Part shown: piece after piece, positions 9,920-19,332 of the stretch
How positions within the stretch are numbered: the stretch's first letter is position 1
Layout of the letters: every line of letters starts with the position of its first letter
The notes under the pieces: model-generated
What the model was told of the DNA's origin: nothing
The model's database searches: none
Seen by the model: only the letters and a program-made list of their open reading frames with translations
Made by a program: the position numbers and the translations under genes
NCBI GenBank assembly: GCA_965140445.1
Contig: OZ223236.1
Span: 4,224,001-4,288,000, forward strand
Source: Candidatus Ozemobacteraceae bacterium
Lineage (GTDB): Bacteria > Muiribacteriota > Ozemobacteria > Ozemobacterales > Ozemobacteraceae
Length of the DNA: 64,000 nucleotides
Direction: 5' to 3'

Positions 9920-10518
9920 TTAGAATTAATCTAGTAACCGTCAAAAGACGTAAACCTATTCAAATTCCCTTTGCAGCGATCTTCTTCATCATTGGACTCG
10001 TTGGTATTGGCGCGGGTTTCTACGCAGGAACCATGGCGATTGAGGGTATGAACGAGGAACTGATAAATCAAAAGAAAGATCTTGCTGACGAGATTCGTGA
10101 TGAAGAGTCCAAGCTCACTACTAAGAGTGACCTTGAGCAGGAAAAAAACGATATCGTTAGAAATATTGAGCGCCTTAAACAACTTTCTGGCGCGACTTTA
10201 CTGCAATGGTCTCAGGTTTTCAGCAGTCTGACTGCGGCAACCCCTGATCAAACTGTCTGGATTACCAATCTTAGAATCGATTCAGACAGAAGAGTTCAAA
10301 TTACTGGCTACTCATGCCTGGAAGATGGAAAAGAAAAGGGTGGACAGTTGACCAAAGGTGTTCAAATGTTCATTCAACAGCTTCAAGGGCATTCTTACTT
10401 TGATGAAGTATTCTTGACCAGTGCTACCAAAAACGTCTACGAGAAGAAACCTGTATGGCGTTTTGATATCACTTGCCGCATCAAGCGTGATCTTGGTGAC
10501 GCGAATCTGGGAGGTTAA
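9916..10518 (+). CDS. pilN: Type IV pilus assembly protein PilN
   Basis: N-terminal 'MIRINL' PilM-binding motif, TM helix, coiled coil, 'PDQTVWITNL'. Confidence 0.85.
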   Translation: MIRINLVTVKRRKPIQIPFAAIFFIIGLVGIGAGFYAGTMAIEGMNEELINQKKDLADEIRDEESKLTTKSDLEQEKNDIVRNIERLKQLSGATLLQWSQVFSSLTAATPDQTVWITNLRIDSDRRVQITGYSCLEDGKEKGGQLTKGVQMFIQQLQGHSYFDEVFLTSATKNVYEKKPVWRFDITCRIKRDLGDANLGG

Positions 10519-10521
10519 CTA

Positions 10522-11079
10522 ATGAATAACTTTGCGGTAGTAACTATCCTCCTCCTCCTTGTCGCGGTTGGAGCAGGTGTGTTCTTCTGGATGAACTACT
10601 ATCAGCCAATTCTTGATGAAGCTGAGTCTCTTAAGAGTGATATTGATGATCTCGAGAAAAAGAAAGCGAGGTTAGCCAATATTGACGAAGAAATTGAAAA
10701 GATTCGGACCGATATAACGAAACTGCAGGATCAACGAAAAGGTTTAGAAACAGAATCTAACAGACTTGAAACTGTAGTTCCTAAAGTTCTTGAATCTACT
10801 GAAACAATCGCCAACAAATTTGACGTTAAATTTCAGGACATCAGAATTTCTCCTCTGGTTAGAGCTGAAGATTGGTCTGAATTACCAATTGAAATTTCAG
10901 TTCAGGGAACCTTCAAGAATATTGGTGAGTTCTTAACAATTGTAGAAAAACGTAAAATAATCAACCTGGCCGCTGGTTCTATGAACGTTTCAGTATCAGC
11001 TGAAGTAGACAGAAAAACCAAAAGCCCACTGCTTGGTGTAACTCTTAGTGCAAAAGTTTACATCCTCGGCGGAAACTAA
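10522..11079 (+). CDS. pilO: Type IV pilus assembly protein PilO
   Basis: TM + coiled coil + 'ELPIEISVQGTFKNIGEFL'; position after pilN. Confidence 0.85.
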   Translation: MNNFAVVTILLLLVAVGAGVFFWMNYYQPILDEAESLKSDIDDLEKKKARLANIDEEIEKIRTDITKLQDQRKGLETESNRLETVVPKVLESTETIANKFDVKFQDIRISPLVRAEDWSELPIEISVQGTFKNIGEFLTIVEKRKIINLAAGSMNVSVSAEVDRKTKSPLLGVTLSAKVYILGGN

Positions 11080-11093
11080 TAAGGAGGCAAGAA

Positions 11094-11687
11094 ATGATTG
11101 GAAAAAAACCATGGAAAATTCTGGGCATGATCTGTCTAGCAGCGTTCCTCCTTGCCGCTCCTCAGCTTTTCGCCCAGGATGATCTGGATGACTTCGGAAT
11201 GGATAGTCTTGATGACAACACTATCACAGAGTCGGCAGAAAGCACGGAACCAGCCGAAGCTACAGCAGAAGCAATTGATTCAGCTCCAGCCAAGGCTAAG
11301 CCAGAAAAAGATCAGGTTGATGACCTTGCAAAACTCTGGCCTTTCAAAATTGAAAACCCTAAAAAAGACCCTTTCAAACCACTTGTAGTAAAGAAGGTAG
11401 TATTACCTCCAGTAAGACCAGTGGCACCTAAGTCTCAGAACAGGGATTTTAAACCGAAACCACCACCAGTAAAACCAATCAGACTTTTTGTAACAGGCAT
11501 CGTAGGTAACGAAGGCGCCAGATTGGCTGTTGTTAAGTTTGAAAACCAGGAACACACAATTATTAAAGATCAGGTTGTTGATGGCAAGTTCAAAGTCGTT
11601 GACATTCTCTCTGATAGAGTAGTTGTATATTCCAACAAAGAACAAAGACGTCACACATTCCGTATTGGTGGCGCAGACGAAAAGTAA
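11094..11687 (+). CDS. PilP-like pilus assembly protein
   Basis: Signal peptide, 'KKDPFKPL' motif, Pro-rich linker, C-terminal beta domain 'LFVTGIV...AVV'; position after pilO. Confidence 0.7.
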   Translation: MIGKKPWKILGMICLAAFLLAAPQLFAQDDLDDFGMDSLDDNTITESAESTEPAEATAEAIDSAPAKAKPEKDQVDDLAKLWPFKIENPKKDPFKPLVVKKVVLPPVRPVAPKSQNRDFKPKPPPVKPIRLFVTGIVGNEGARLAVVKFENQEHTIIKDQVVDGKFKVVDILSDRVVVYSNKEQRRHTFRIGGADEK

Positions 11688-11705
11688 AAGCTGATCTAAT
11701 AGATT

Positions 11706-11752
11706 AAAAGCTGTATCAAAGGTTCTAAAAGTTACTTTTGATGCAGCTTTTT
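11706..11752 (+). terminator. Intrinsic terminator after pilMNOP
   Basis: AAAAGCTGTATCAAA ... TTTGATGCAGCTTTTT inverted repeat. Confidence 0.65.
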
Positions 11753-11781
11753 ATTTGCCCTGAATAAAAAAGGAGATTGTC

Positions 11782-11955
11782 ATGAGAAAAAGTTACTTTT
11801 GGGTACTCTGGGGAATTGCCAGTTTAGTATGCGTATTTGCAGCAGGTTACAAAAGCTTCGCCATAGACCTGGAAAAAGAAAAAGCCAATAAACCAATTTA
11901 CATTGACGAAAGAGTTGTAAACTCAGTTTTAGAAACGGATTCAGCCTCAGAATAA
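11782..11955 (+). CDS. Small 57-aa membrane/secreted protein (not in ORF track)
   Basis: AAGGAGA RBS then MRKSYFWVLWGIASLVCVFAAGYKSFAIDLEKEK...; N-terminal hydrophobic helix. Confidence 0.65.
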   Translation: MRKSYFWVLWGIASLVCVFAAGYKSFAIDLEKEKANKPIYIDERVVNSVLETDSASE

Positions 11956-11992
11956 AAATTCAAAAATTACTCATCTTTTTTTCATTTCAGAC

Positions 11993-12020
11993 TGGATAAA
12001 GCAATTAAAGATGCCGATAA
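11993..12020 (+). promoter_or_regulatory. Promoter-like element copy 1 (TGGATAAA...GCCGATAA)
   Basis: Perfect sigma-28 -10 GCCGATAA at 12013; 22/27 identical to the element at 12416. Confidence 0.45.
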
Positions 12021-12091
12021 CCTAACTGAAGATGTAGTTACCAGCAAAATTACAATCTGGTAAAAAGACAAAACTACATGAAAGAAAGAGC

Positions 12092-12319
12092 ATGAGAAAG
12101 AATAAACAATTAGAAACATTTCCATACGCATGTAGCGTTCTAGCTGCTGCAAAAGAGAATGTCAATTTTAAGAATTATGGAAGTAAACTTCTAAATGTTT
12201 CTCGATCATTTGCACTTCATTTGAATTCCTCGTCAGCCAACACTGACAAATGGACTTACATGTCCAGGGCACCCGACCCGCCAATTCCAAGGCGAATTTC
12301 ATATGGAGCTTCATTATGA
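12092..12319 (+). CDS. Hypothetical 75-aa protein
   Basis: ORF only, downstream of a promoter-like element; no recognisable motif. Confidence 0.3.
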   Translation: MRKNKQLETFPYACSVLAAAKENVNFKNYGSKLLNVSRSFALHLNSSSANTDKWTYMSRAPDPPIPRRISYGASL

Positions 12320-12415
12320 AGAATCTTTTGAAAAAGCTTAGTATTTTTTTTCACGCCGGAAACGGCATTAGAAGGTCGTTAGGCCATGGATTAAGTCAAA
12401 AGTTTAAAATTGTTG

Positions 12416-12443
12416 TGGATAAAACGATAAAAGTTGTCGATAT
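12416..12443 (+). promoter_or_regulatory. Promoter-like element copy 2 (TGGATAAA...GTCGATAT) upstream of pilQ
   Basis: Near-duplicate of 11993-12019; -10-like box ~80 bp before the pilQ start. Confidence 0.45.
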
Positions 12444-12516
12444 TATCCCTGATAGGCTTGCTGTGCAGGTCACAAAGATTTTATTTGTCGGACATCCCCG
12501 TTCGGAGGTATAAAGA

Positions 12517-13914
12517 ATGAATTCCACGGGTTACACCAGGAAAAAAAGTAACATCGTATTATTGTTTGCGGTAATTGCCGCGGCACTCCTGTTGCCTTCA
12601 GCACTGAGAGCAGAAGATAACATTTCTCTTGATTTCCGCGATACAGACATTCGCCAGATTATCAAGGTTATTGCTCAACAGTCTGGAACCAACATCATCG
12701 CAGAAAAGAGCGTTCGTGGTCAGGTAACTGTAAAACTTACAGACGTATACTACGAAGAAGCCATGAATCTGATTGCAAAGACAAACGGATTTGCAGTTCG
12801 CAAGATTGGTAACACATGGATTCTTGCTGACTCTAAGAAACTCTCTGAAGCATTTGAGAAAGGTCTTACTATAACAAAAAGACTTCAGTATGCTAAAGCT
12901 GACGATGTTAGTAAAATCATTTCAAATACTATCAAGAAAGACGTAAAAGTTGCCACAGACGAACGCATCAACGCAGTTATCGTCTCTGGTGGCAAAGACA
13001 TTCTTGATGAAGTAAAAAAACTTATTGAAACCATTGATACACCTGTTCATCAGGTAATGATGGAAGCCAAAATCGTTGAAGTTTCAACAAACGGTTCAAA
13101 AAGCATCGGATTCAAATGGCAGGGTTCAACTGGCCAGGATGGCGGAATGCATGACCTTGACAGCCTTCCAGTTCTCTCTACTAAGGAATACTTTGCATCT
13201 AATCCAGATTCAGGACTTTATCAGGAACCTTTCGATGGATCACGTGGTGAACTGTTTGGACTTGGTGATTTCTACAGAGAAAACCTTCTTTTCAAAGCAA
13301 CATTTGCTGCTCTTGAAAAGAGACAGGAAACCAAGGTTCTTAGTAACCCTAAGATTTCTGCTGTAAACGGTCAGGAAGCCAATATCGTTGTTGGTACTAA
13401 GGTTATCTATCCTGGTGGAGCAGATCAGCCACCAAAAGAAAAAGATACTGGTATTAAACTGAAAATTACCCCTCGTATCAATGACGATGGATATATTACA
13501 GTTGATGCTGAGCCTGAAGTATCATTCGTTGAATCATGGTCGAACAACAATATGTATCCAGTAATTGGAACTCGCTCTGCCAAAACAACAGTTAGAGTTC
13601 GTGATGGTGAAGAAATTCTTATCGGTGGATTGATCAGAGATGAAGAAGGAAAAGACAATAGTAAGATCCCTCTCCTCGGAAACATCCCAATACTTAAATC
13701 TCTCTTCTCCTTCAAAGGAAAAACCGGTTCATCTCAGGAACTGATTATCCTTATCACGCCTCACATCATTGCCCAGAGCATCGAATCTTCAGCTCCTACC
13801 TCATTGGTGCCTGAAACTGGTATGGACCCAATGGCTAGTGCTCCAGTAGCATCTACTCAGCCAGCAGGAACTATCGATGATTCATTCGACAATGCATTTG
13901 ACGCTTCATTCTAA
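12517..13914 (+). CDS. pilQ: Type IV pilus secretin PilQ (short, no AMIN domains)
   Basis: 'ISLDFRDTDIR' N0 domain, 'QVMMEAKIVEV', 'LSNPKI', 'IPLLGNIPILKSLF', 'ELIILITPHII'. Confidence 0.9.
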   Translation: MNSTGYTRKKSNIVLLFAVIAAALLLPSALRAEDNISLDFRDTDIRQIIKVIAQQSGTNIIAEKSVRGQVTVKLTDVYYEEAMNLIAKTNGFAVRKIGNTWILADSKKLSEAFEKGLTITKRLQYAKADDVSKIISNTIKKDVKVATDERINAVIVSGGKDILDEVKKLIETIDTPVHQVMMEAKIVEVSTNGSKSIGFKWQGSTGQDGGMHDLDSLPVLSTKEYFASNPDSGLYQEPFDGSRGELFGLGDFYRENLLFKATFAALEKRQETKVLSNPKISAVNGQEANIVVGTKVIYPGGADQPPKEKDTGIKLKITPRINDDGYITVDAEPEVSFVESWSNNNMYPVIGTRSAKTTVRVRDGEEILIGGLIRDEEGKDNSKIPLLGNIPILKSLFSFKGKTGSSQELIILITPHIIAQSIESSAPTSLVPETGMDPMASAPVASTQPAGTIDDSFDNAFDASF

Positions 13915-13929
13915 CCTCCGACAAAAAAG

Positions 13930-13957
13930 AAGCTCCCTTCGGGGAGCTTTTTTTTTT
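13930..13957 (+). terminator. Intrinsic terminator after pilQ (convergent with aroC)
   Basis: AAGCTCCC-TTCG-GGGAGCTT followed by a long T run. Confidence 0.9.
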
Positions 13958-13981
13958 GCCAATTTAGTAATAAAAAATATA

Positions 13982-15145
13982 TCAAACCGAAGAGATGCGC
14001 TCTTTATAGCGTAAGAACCTTTCAACCACTTCTTTTAGAGTGTCGCCCCCAGTTAGATTCAGTATCTCTGATGCTAACACCAGAGACATTATAGATTCTG
14101 CCACAACAGCAGTTGCAGGCAAGGCATGAGTATCCGATCTGTAAAAGTCATTGCATTTTTCTTGTTTTGTTTTAATATCAACACTTTTTGCGCTAGTTTT
14201 TCCTGGTATGGGCTTAACAAAGCATTTTATTACAATTTCATTTCCAGTACTTATACCGCCATCAATTCCGCCCGAGAAATTGCTTTCTTTAAAATAGCCT
14301 TTTGCCTCAACATAAGAAACGGGATCTGCTTCCAATAACTTTCCTTGCCCAAAAGATAGCCCATCACCAATCTCAATTGCTTTAACAGATGGAATGGCCA
14401 TTAAAGCTGCTGATAAAAGCCCGTCAAGCTTTCTATCCCAATGAACGTGACTACCAATTCCTGCCGGAACTCCTGAGAATCGTATTTCAACAACTCCGCC
14501 AAAACTACTATTATTCTCAGTTGCAGAATCGGTTTCTTTTTTCCATATAGGAATAATCTGTGGATCAGGGGTTAGAAATCCTTTCTCACAATCATCTAAC
14601 AGTTTACTTATCTTATGAAAATCAAGATTCGAGGTATCTGCTTCGATTCCATTTAAACTTTTTACAAAGGCAACAGATTTAATCCCCAGTTCTTTCAAAA
14701 GACACCTTACTGGCACAGAGATGGCTGTCCTAATTGCAGTTTCTCTTGCGGAAGCTCTTTCTCTTATAGGGCGAATATCAGTAAAATCGTATCTAGCTAT
14801 CCCCCCAATATCTGCATGACCAGGCTTAATAACGTGCAAGGCATTTTTTTCTGAGCTTGTTGCCAAAAATGGGTCCATAAAATCCTTCGAATTTTGAAAA
14901 TCCTTGTTCTCTATCATTACAGAAAATGGACTACCAATTGTTTTGCCATTAATCATGCCAGATAAGACCCTGACCTCATCATTTTCAACATTTTTTCTAT
15001 GACCACGGCCATAGCCTTGCCATCTCTTTTCCAGTAGAAATTTAAAATCCTCTTTATCGATCTTTATTCCGGCAGGCAACCCTTCAAGAATCCCAACAAG
15101 AGCTGGACCATGTGATTCTCCTGCAGTTAAGTATTTGAGCGTCAT
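13982..15145 (-). CDS. aroC: Chorismate synthase
   Basis: 'TAGESHGPAL', 'PGHAD', 'ERASARETA', 'GGIDGGISTG'. Confidence 0.93.
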   Translation of the reverse strand: MTLKYLTAGESHGPALVGILEGLPAGIKIDKEDFKFLLEKRWQGYGRGHRKNVENDEVRVLSGMINGKTIGSPFSVMIENKDFQNSKDFMDPFLATSSEKNALHVIKPGHADIGGIARYDFTDIRPIRERASARETAIRTAISVPVRCLLKELGIKSVAFVKSLNGIEADTSNLDFHKISKLLDDCEKGFLTPDPQIIPIWKKETDSATENNSSFGGVVEIRFSGVPAGIGSHVHWDRKLDGLLSAALMAIPSVKAIEIGDGLSFGQGKLLEADPVSYVEAKGYFKESNFSGGIDGGISTGNEIVIKCFVKPIPGKTSAKSVDIKTKQEKCNDFYRSDTHALPATAVVAESIMSLVLASEILNLTGGDTLKEVVERFLRYKERISSV

Positions 15146-15213
15146 TTTTTCTCCCTGCCTTTTATCTACTAAGGCTGATTCTACTTATTTTTTTTCTTTT
15201 TTTAAACTTTTAC

Positions 15214-15241
15214 TTATCAATATGCGCGGAACTGCCGATAT
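15214..15241 (+). promoter_or_regulatory. Putative sigma-28-like promoter of the DUF501-flgF-flgG-flgA-flgH unit
   Basis: TTAT-N16-GCCGATAT, intergenic, ~50 bp upstream of the ORF. Confidence 0.45.
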
Positions 15242-15283
15242 TTTTCCTGATAAATAGAAAAAATAATTAATTAGCCCTAATGA

Positions 15284-15895
15284 ATGGCAAAAGTTTTGCC
15301 GATGTTTCATATAGGGAAGGTAAACATTTTGGCAAACGAAACAAAACAAAGCTTATCAGAAACAGAATTAGTAATAAAAATGCTTGGCCGACCGCCAAGA
15401 ACGCCGTTCATCGTTCAAACAAGATGCCCGGATGGAACTCCTCAGGTCTTGCTGGCCGACTCAGTTTTCCTTGAAGATGGAATTTGGAAACCCTTTCCAA
15501 CGGTTTTATGGCTTCTTTGTCCAAGACTCAAAAGAGAAGTTGCAAGAGTTGAAGAGTCGGGTGCGGTAAAAAGATTTTCTGAAAAGCTGCAAATGGATGA
15601 AGAATTCTACAAAGAATTTCAGAACGGACAACTTCAGATTTCTGAAATTCGTTTAAAAAGAGCTAAAGAAATTTTGCCCGAAAAAATACCTGAACACATT
15701 CTGGATATTCTTTCCAAAACAACCATAGCTGGAAGCGTTGACTATAAAGGCGTTAAATGCCTTCATTCGCACGTAGCTCAAGAACTTGCTTTTCATAACA
15801 ATCCAATAGGAAGAGAAGTTTTAAAAGAATTTGGTGAATGCAATACAAATTCATTATGCATGCCTTCGTTTGCGAAAGGTTTAAAAAATGATTAG
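15284..15895 (+). CDS. DUF501-family protein
   Basis: 'LGRPPR', 'RCPDGTP', 'PFPTVLWLLCP', 'VKCLHSH'. Confidence 0.85.
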   Translation: MAKVLPMFHIGKVNILANETKQSLSETELVIKMLGRPPRTPFIVQTRCPDGTPQVLLADSVFLEDGIWKPFPTVLWLLCPRLKREVARVEESGAVKRFSEKLQMDEEFYKEFQNGQLQISEIRLKRAKEILPEKIPEHILDILSKTTIAGSVDYKGVKCLHSHVAQELAFHNNPIGREVLKEFGECNTNSLCMPSFAKGLKND

Positions 15896-16730
15896 AGGAT
15901 TATACACAGCATCATCTTCAATGCTTTGCGAAATTGTTCGCCAGGACATGGTTGCGAACAACCTGGCAAACGTTGACACTGCAGGCTTTAAACATGATCA
16001 GGGAATTTTCAAAGAACTCCCGACTATGGAGATTCGCAAAGTAAATGATGGAAAGCTTTATCCACCAAGACCTTTATATAAGTATCCAAAGATTGGCGAA
16101 CTTGGAACCGGTGTTATTCTTGATGAATCTTACACAGACTTCGGTGCTGGAAAGTTTGAATACACTTCAAATGATCTGGATTTAGCCCTTGAAAACAATA
16201 AAGCCTTTTTCTGTTTTGAAGGTGAAAATGGAATTAGATTCTCCAGAGACGGCATATTAACTCGCAATCATGAAGGTTTTTTAACCAACACTAATGGCGA
16301 TTACATTCTGGCAGAAAGAGAACCTGTAAACGAAATTGAAGGTGAAATACTAATCAGTGAAGATGGGAAACCAAATTCTGATTTTGGTAGGGTTCAAATT
16401 GAACCTGGAGCAAAAGTAAATATTGATGAAGACGGACGAGTTATCGTAAATGGCGAACCAAGGTTCAGAATTATGCGAGGTCAGGCTTCAGATAGAAAGG
16501 CCTTCCGTAAAGAAGGCAGTAATAATTTTGTAAGGGCTTATGGGGCAGTAACCAGAGCCACTGGAAACGTAAAATCTGGATATGTTGAGAAACCAAACTT
16601 CAGCCTTGTTACCGAAATGGTAAAAATGATTGAAGTTTCCAGAGCATACGAAGCGAATTCAAAAGTTATTCAGTCCCACGATGGTTTGCTTGATAAAGCC
16701 ATCAATTCAGTAGGCGTCACAAGGACATAA
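15888..16730 (+). CDS. flgF: Flagellar basal-body rod protein, FlgF-like
   Basis: 'MIRGLYTA...ANNLANVDTAGFK', 'EMVKMIEVSRAYEANSK'; precedes flgG. Confidence 0.85.
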   Translation: MIRGLYTASSSMLCEIVRQDMVANNLANVDTAGFKHDQGIFKELPTMEIRKVNDGKLYPPRPLYKYPKIGELGTGVILDESYTDFGAGKFEYTSNDLDLALENNKAFFCFEGENGIRFSRDGILTRNHEGFLTNTNGDYILAEREPVNEIEGEILISEDGKPNSDFGRVQIEPGAKVNIDEDGRVIVNGEPRFRIMRGQASDRKAFRKEGSNNFVRAYGAVTRATGNVKSGYVEKPNFSLVTEMVKMIEVSRAYEANSKVIQSHDGLLDKAINSVGVTRT

Positions 16731-16757
16731 TTCTGAAATGACGGGAGGACCAGTCCT

Positions 16758-17546
16758 ATGATGAGATCACTTTGGTCGGCAGCGACCGGCATGAAGGGCC
16801 AGGAAATGAACATTGCGGTCGTTTCCAACAACCTTTCAAACGTAACAACGACAGGGTTCAAAAAGAGTCGAGTAGACTTTCAGGATCTAATGTATCAAAC
16901 ACTGAAAGAACCTGGAACGCCAGTTGCATCTGGAAATCAGTATCCTGTTGGAATCCAGCTTGGTCATGGTGTTAGACCAGTTGCAGTTCAAAAGATGTTC
17001 AGTCAGGGCGAATTCCAGCAAACTGAACAACCTCTGGACGTAGTAATTGAAGGCGAAGGCTTCTTTCAGATTCAATTACCAAACGGCGACATCGCTTATA
17101 GTAGAGATGGTGCCTGGAAGCTATCTGCAGAAGGACAGATTGTAACTTCAGATGGTTATACAGTCCTTCCCGGAACCATTATTCCGCAGGATGCCATAGG
17201 TATTAATATTACCCCGTCCGGAATCATTGCTGCAAAGTTGCCCAATCAGGTAGATCTTGAAGTTCTCGGGCAAATAGAGTTGGCCGACTTCATTAACCCC
17301 GCCGGTTTAAAAGCAATTGGCAGGAACCTCTTTATTCCTAGTGGAAGTTCTGGAGATGCGATTTTAGGAACTCCGGGAACTCAGGAATACGGGGAAATCG
17401 CTCAAGGCTTTGTAGAAATGTCCAACGTTAAGGTCGTTGAAGAAATGGTCAACATGATCGTTGCTCAAAGAGCTTATGAAGCGAATTCAAAAACAATTCA
17501 AACCTCAGACACAATGTTACAAATAGCAAACAACCTAAGAAGATAA
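16758..17546 (+). CDS. flgG: Flagellar basal-body rod protein FlgG
   Basis: 'MRSLWSAATGM', 'FQDLMYQ', 'EMSNVKVVEEMVNMIVAQRAYEANSK'. Confidence 0.96.
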   Translation: MMRSLWSAATGMKGQEMNIAVVSNNLSNVTTTGFKKSRVDFQDLMYQTLKEPGTPVASGNQYPVGIQLGHGVRPVAVQKMFSQGEFQQTEQPLDVVIEGEGFFQIQLPNGDIAYSRDGAWKLSAEGQIVTSDGYTVLPGTIIPQDAIGINITPSGIIAAKLPNQVDLEVLGQIELADFINPAGLKAIGRNLFIPSGSSGDAILGTPGTQEYGEIAQGFVEMSNVKVVEEMVNMIVAQRAYEANSKTIQTSDTMLQIANNLRR

Positions 17547-17571
17547 TAGATAAATAAATAGGGAAAAATAA

Positions 17572-18633
17572 GTGAATAGAATAGTAAAAAAAATGTGTTT
17601 GACTGGTCTGGTAAGTTCAGTTGTTTTACTTTCAGGATCGTTGTCAACACAAGCATTAGCGAGCGCAAAAATATCCAACACAAACTTCAAATCTACTGTT
17701 TTGGTTAGCCAAGATAGAATCAGCGCAGACAAGCTCCTAAAAAGCGAATGCGCACCTGGAATCAAGGCCAGGCTTTCCAAAATTCAAGTTGGCGTTATTC
17801 CTGATCCGCTTGGAGAATTAGTTCTTAAAAAATCTGAGCTGGAAAAAAAGCTTGGAAAGGTTGGGAAAAGCCTCGACCTACCAGATTCGGTTGTTATCAG
17901 ACGTCAAGGCTCTATTCTCAAAGGAAATGACATTTGTGAAAGACTAAAAAAAGTCTGCCTTGAAGGAATTGAAGGAAAAACTGAATTAGATCTTTCCAGA
18001 ATTCCCAGAAATGTTGTTCTGCCTGGAAACATAATCAGCTGGAACCTTGTTCCTAAATCAAAAAATAGAATTGGAATGCGCCTATTTCACCTGATTGCAC
18101 AAACAGAAGGTGGAGAACATCGCCAATTGCTTCAGGTTAGTGTTGCGAAAATAGCTGAAGTAGCTCAGCTTACAAGGCTTGCAAAACCAGGTGAAATTCT
18201 TACTGAAGACATGCTTACCAAAAAAATCGTAAAGGTAAAAAGCGACAAAATTCACCCTCCAATCGAATTTGAAGAAGCGCTTGGGAAATGTCTGGGAAGA
18301 TTTAAATCTCAAGGCACCATTATCAGAAGCTCGGATCTTTCAAGTGGTGAAAACAGTATTTGCAAAAACACTCCTGCCAAGGTTAATACCACTAGAGTTA
18401 GAAACATCGCGCGAAGAGTAGCTCCAACCAGACAGGAAAGAGAAAACTGGGTAGTTAAGCCAGGCGATAAAGTAAATTACCATTTTAAAAATGGAACAAT
18501 AAGTCTGTCGTTCCCAGCAAAAGCCATTCAGGGTGGTGACACAGGAGATTCGATTACCCTCATTAACCTGAATAACTCCAAAAGAGTAAAAGGCATGATC
18601 ACTGCACAAGGAGATGTTGTATATGAAAACTAA
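17572..18633 (+). CDS. flgA: Flagellar P-ring formation chaperone FlgA
   Basis: Signal peptide, SAF-like segment, C-terminal 'VVKPGDKV...AKAIQGGDTGDSITLINLNNSK'; between flgG and flgH. Confidence 0.8.
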   Translation: MNRIVKKMCLTGLVSSVVLLSGSLSTQALASAKISNTNFKSTVLVSQDRISADKLLKSECAPGIKARLSKIQVGVIPDPLGELVLKKSELEKKLGKVGKSLDLPDSVVIRRQGSILKGNDICERLKKVCLEGIEGKTELDLSRIPRNVVLPGNIISWNLVPKSKNRIGMRLFHLIAQTEGGEHRQLLQVSVAKIAEVAQLTRLAKPGEILTEDMLTKKIVKVKSDKIHPPIEFEEALGKCLGRFKSQGTIIRSSDLSSGENSICKNTPAKVNTTRVRNIARRVAPTRQERENWVVKPGDKVNYHFKNGTISLSFPAKAIQGGDTGDSITLINLNNSKRVKGMITAQGDVVYEN

Positions 18634-19213
18634 ACTATTAGTTCTTGTGATCCTAATGACTATGACCAGCAATTTTTCATTTGCTGCATCTCTCTGGCTT
18701 AATGGAAACGATTTATATTCATCAAATGGGGCAAGAGATTACAAGCCCGGCGATGTAATCACAATTGAAGTTTCTGAACAATCCACAGCTAGATCAAAAG
18801 CAACAACACAAACTCAGAAACAGACCTCCAGTCAGATTTCAACTGGCCCACAAATCCCTTTATTTAAAGGGATCATGAAACAATTTGTTGGACAAAACCA
18901 GGTCGATAATACATTTGATGGCCAGGGAACCACTACAAGAGAAGGTTTATTAACAGGAACCGTAACAGCCACAGTTCTTGAAGTCCTTGAAAATGGCAAT
19001 TTATTAATCGAAGGTAGCAGGGCAATACGTGTTAACAGAGAGACTCAACAGATGAGGGTCCGAGGAATTGCTCGCCCAAAAGATATTGATGCGAATAACA
19101 CCATAAACTCAAAACTTCTTGCTGATGCTCAAATTAAATTTGATGGAAAAGGCGCAGTTGGAAGAGTTAATCGTCCTGGAATTATCACAAAGATTATTAA
19201 TACAGTCTTCTAA
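18623..19213 (+). CDS. flgH: Flagellar L-ring protein FlgH
   Basis: 'GDVITIEVSE', 'VLENGNLLIEG', 'GIARPKDI...NTINS..LADAQI'. Confidence 0.92.
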   Translation: MKTKLLVLVILMTMTSNFSFAASLWLNGNDLYSSNGARDYKPGDVITIEVSEQSTARSKATTQTQKQTSSQISTGPQIPLFKGIMKQFVGQNQVDNTFDGQGTTTREGLLTGTVTATVLEVLENGNLLIEGSRAIRVNRETQQMRVRGIARPKDIDANNTINSKLLADAQIKFDGKGAVGRVNRPGIITKIINTVF

Positions 19214-19244
19214 GAAGATCTGTTTTACCTCTATTCACTTTTAT

Positions 19245-19270
19245 ATCAGCCGAAAGGCTGATTTTTTTTT
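19245..19270 (+). terminator. Intrinsic terminator after flgH
   Basis: ATCAGCC-GAAA-GGCTGAT followed by a T run. Confidence 0.85.
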
Positions 19271-19332
19271 CGTATTGTAAAAGAGAAGAAAAATTTGTTA
19301 TACCTAGGCATACTCAATAATAGGCAAATAAA

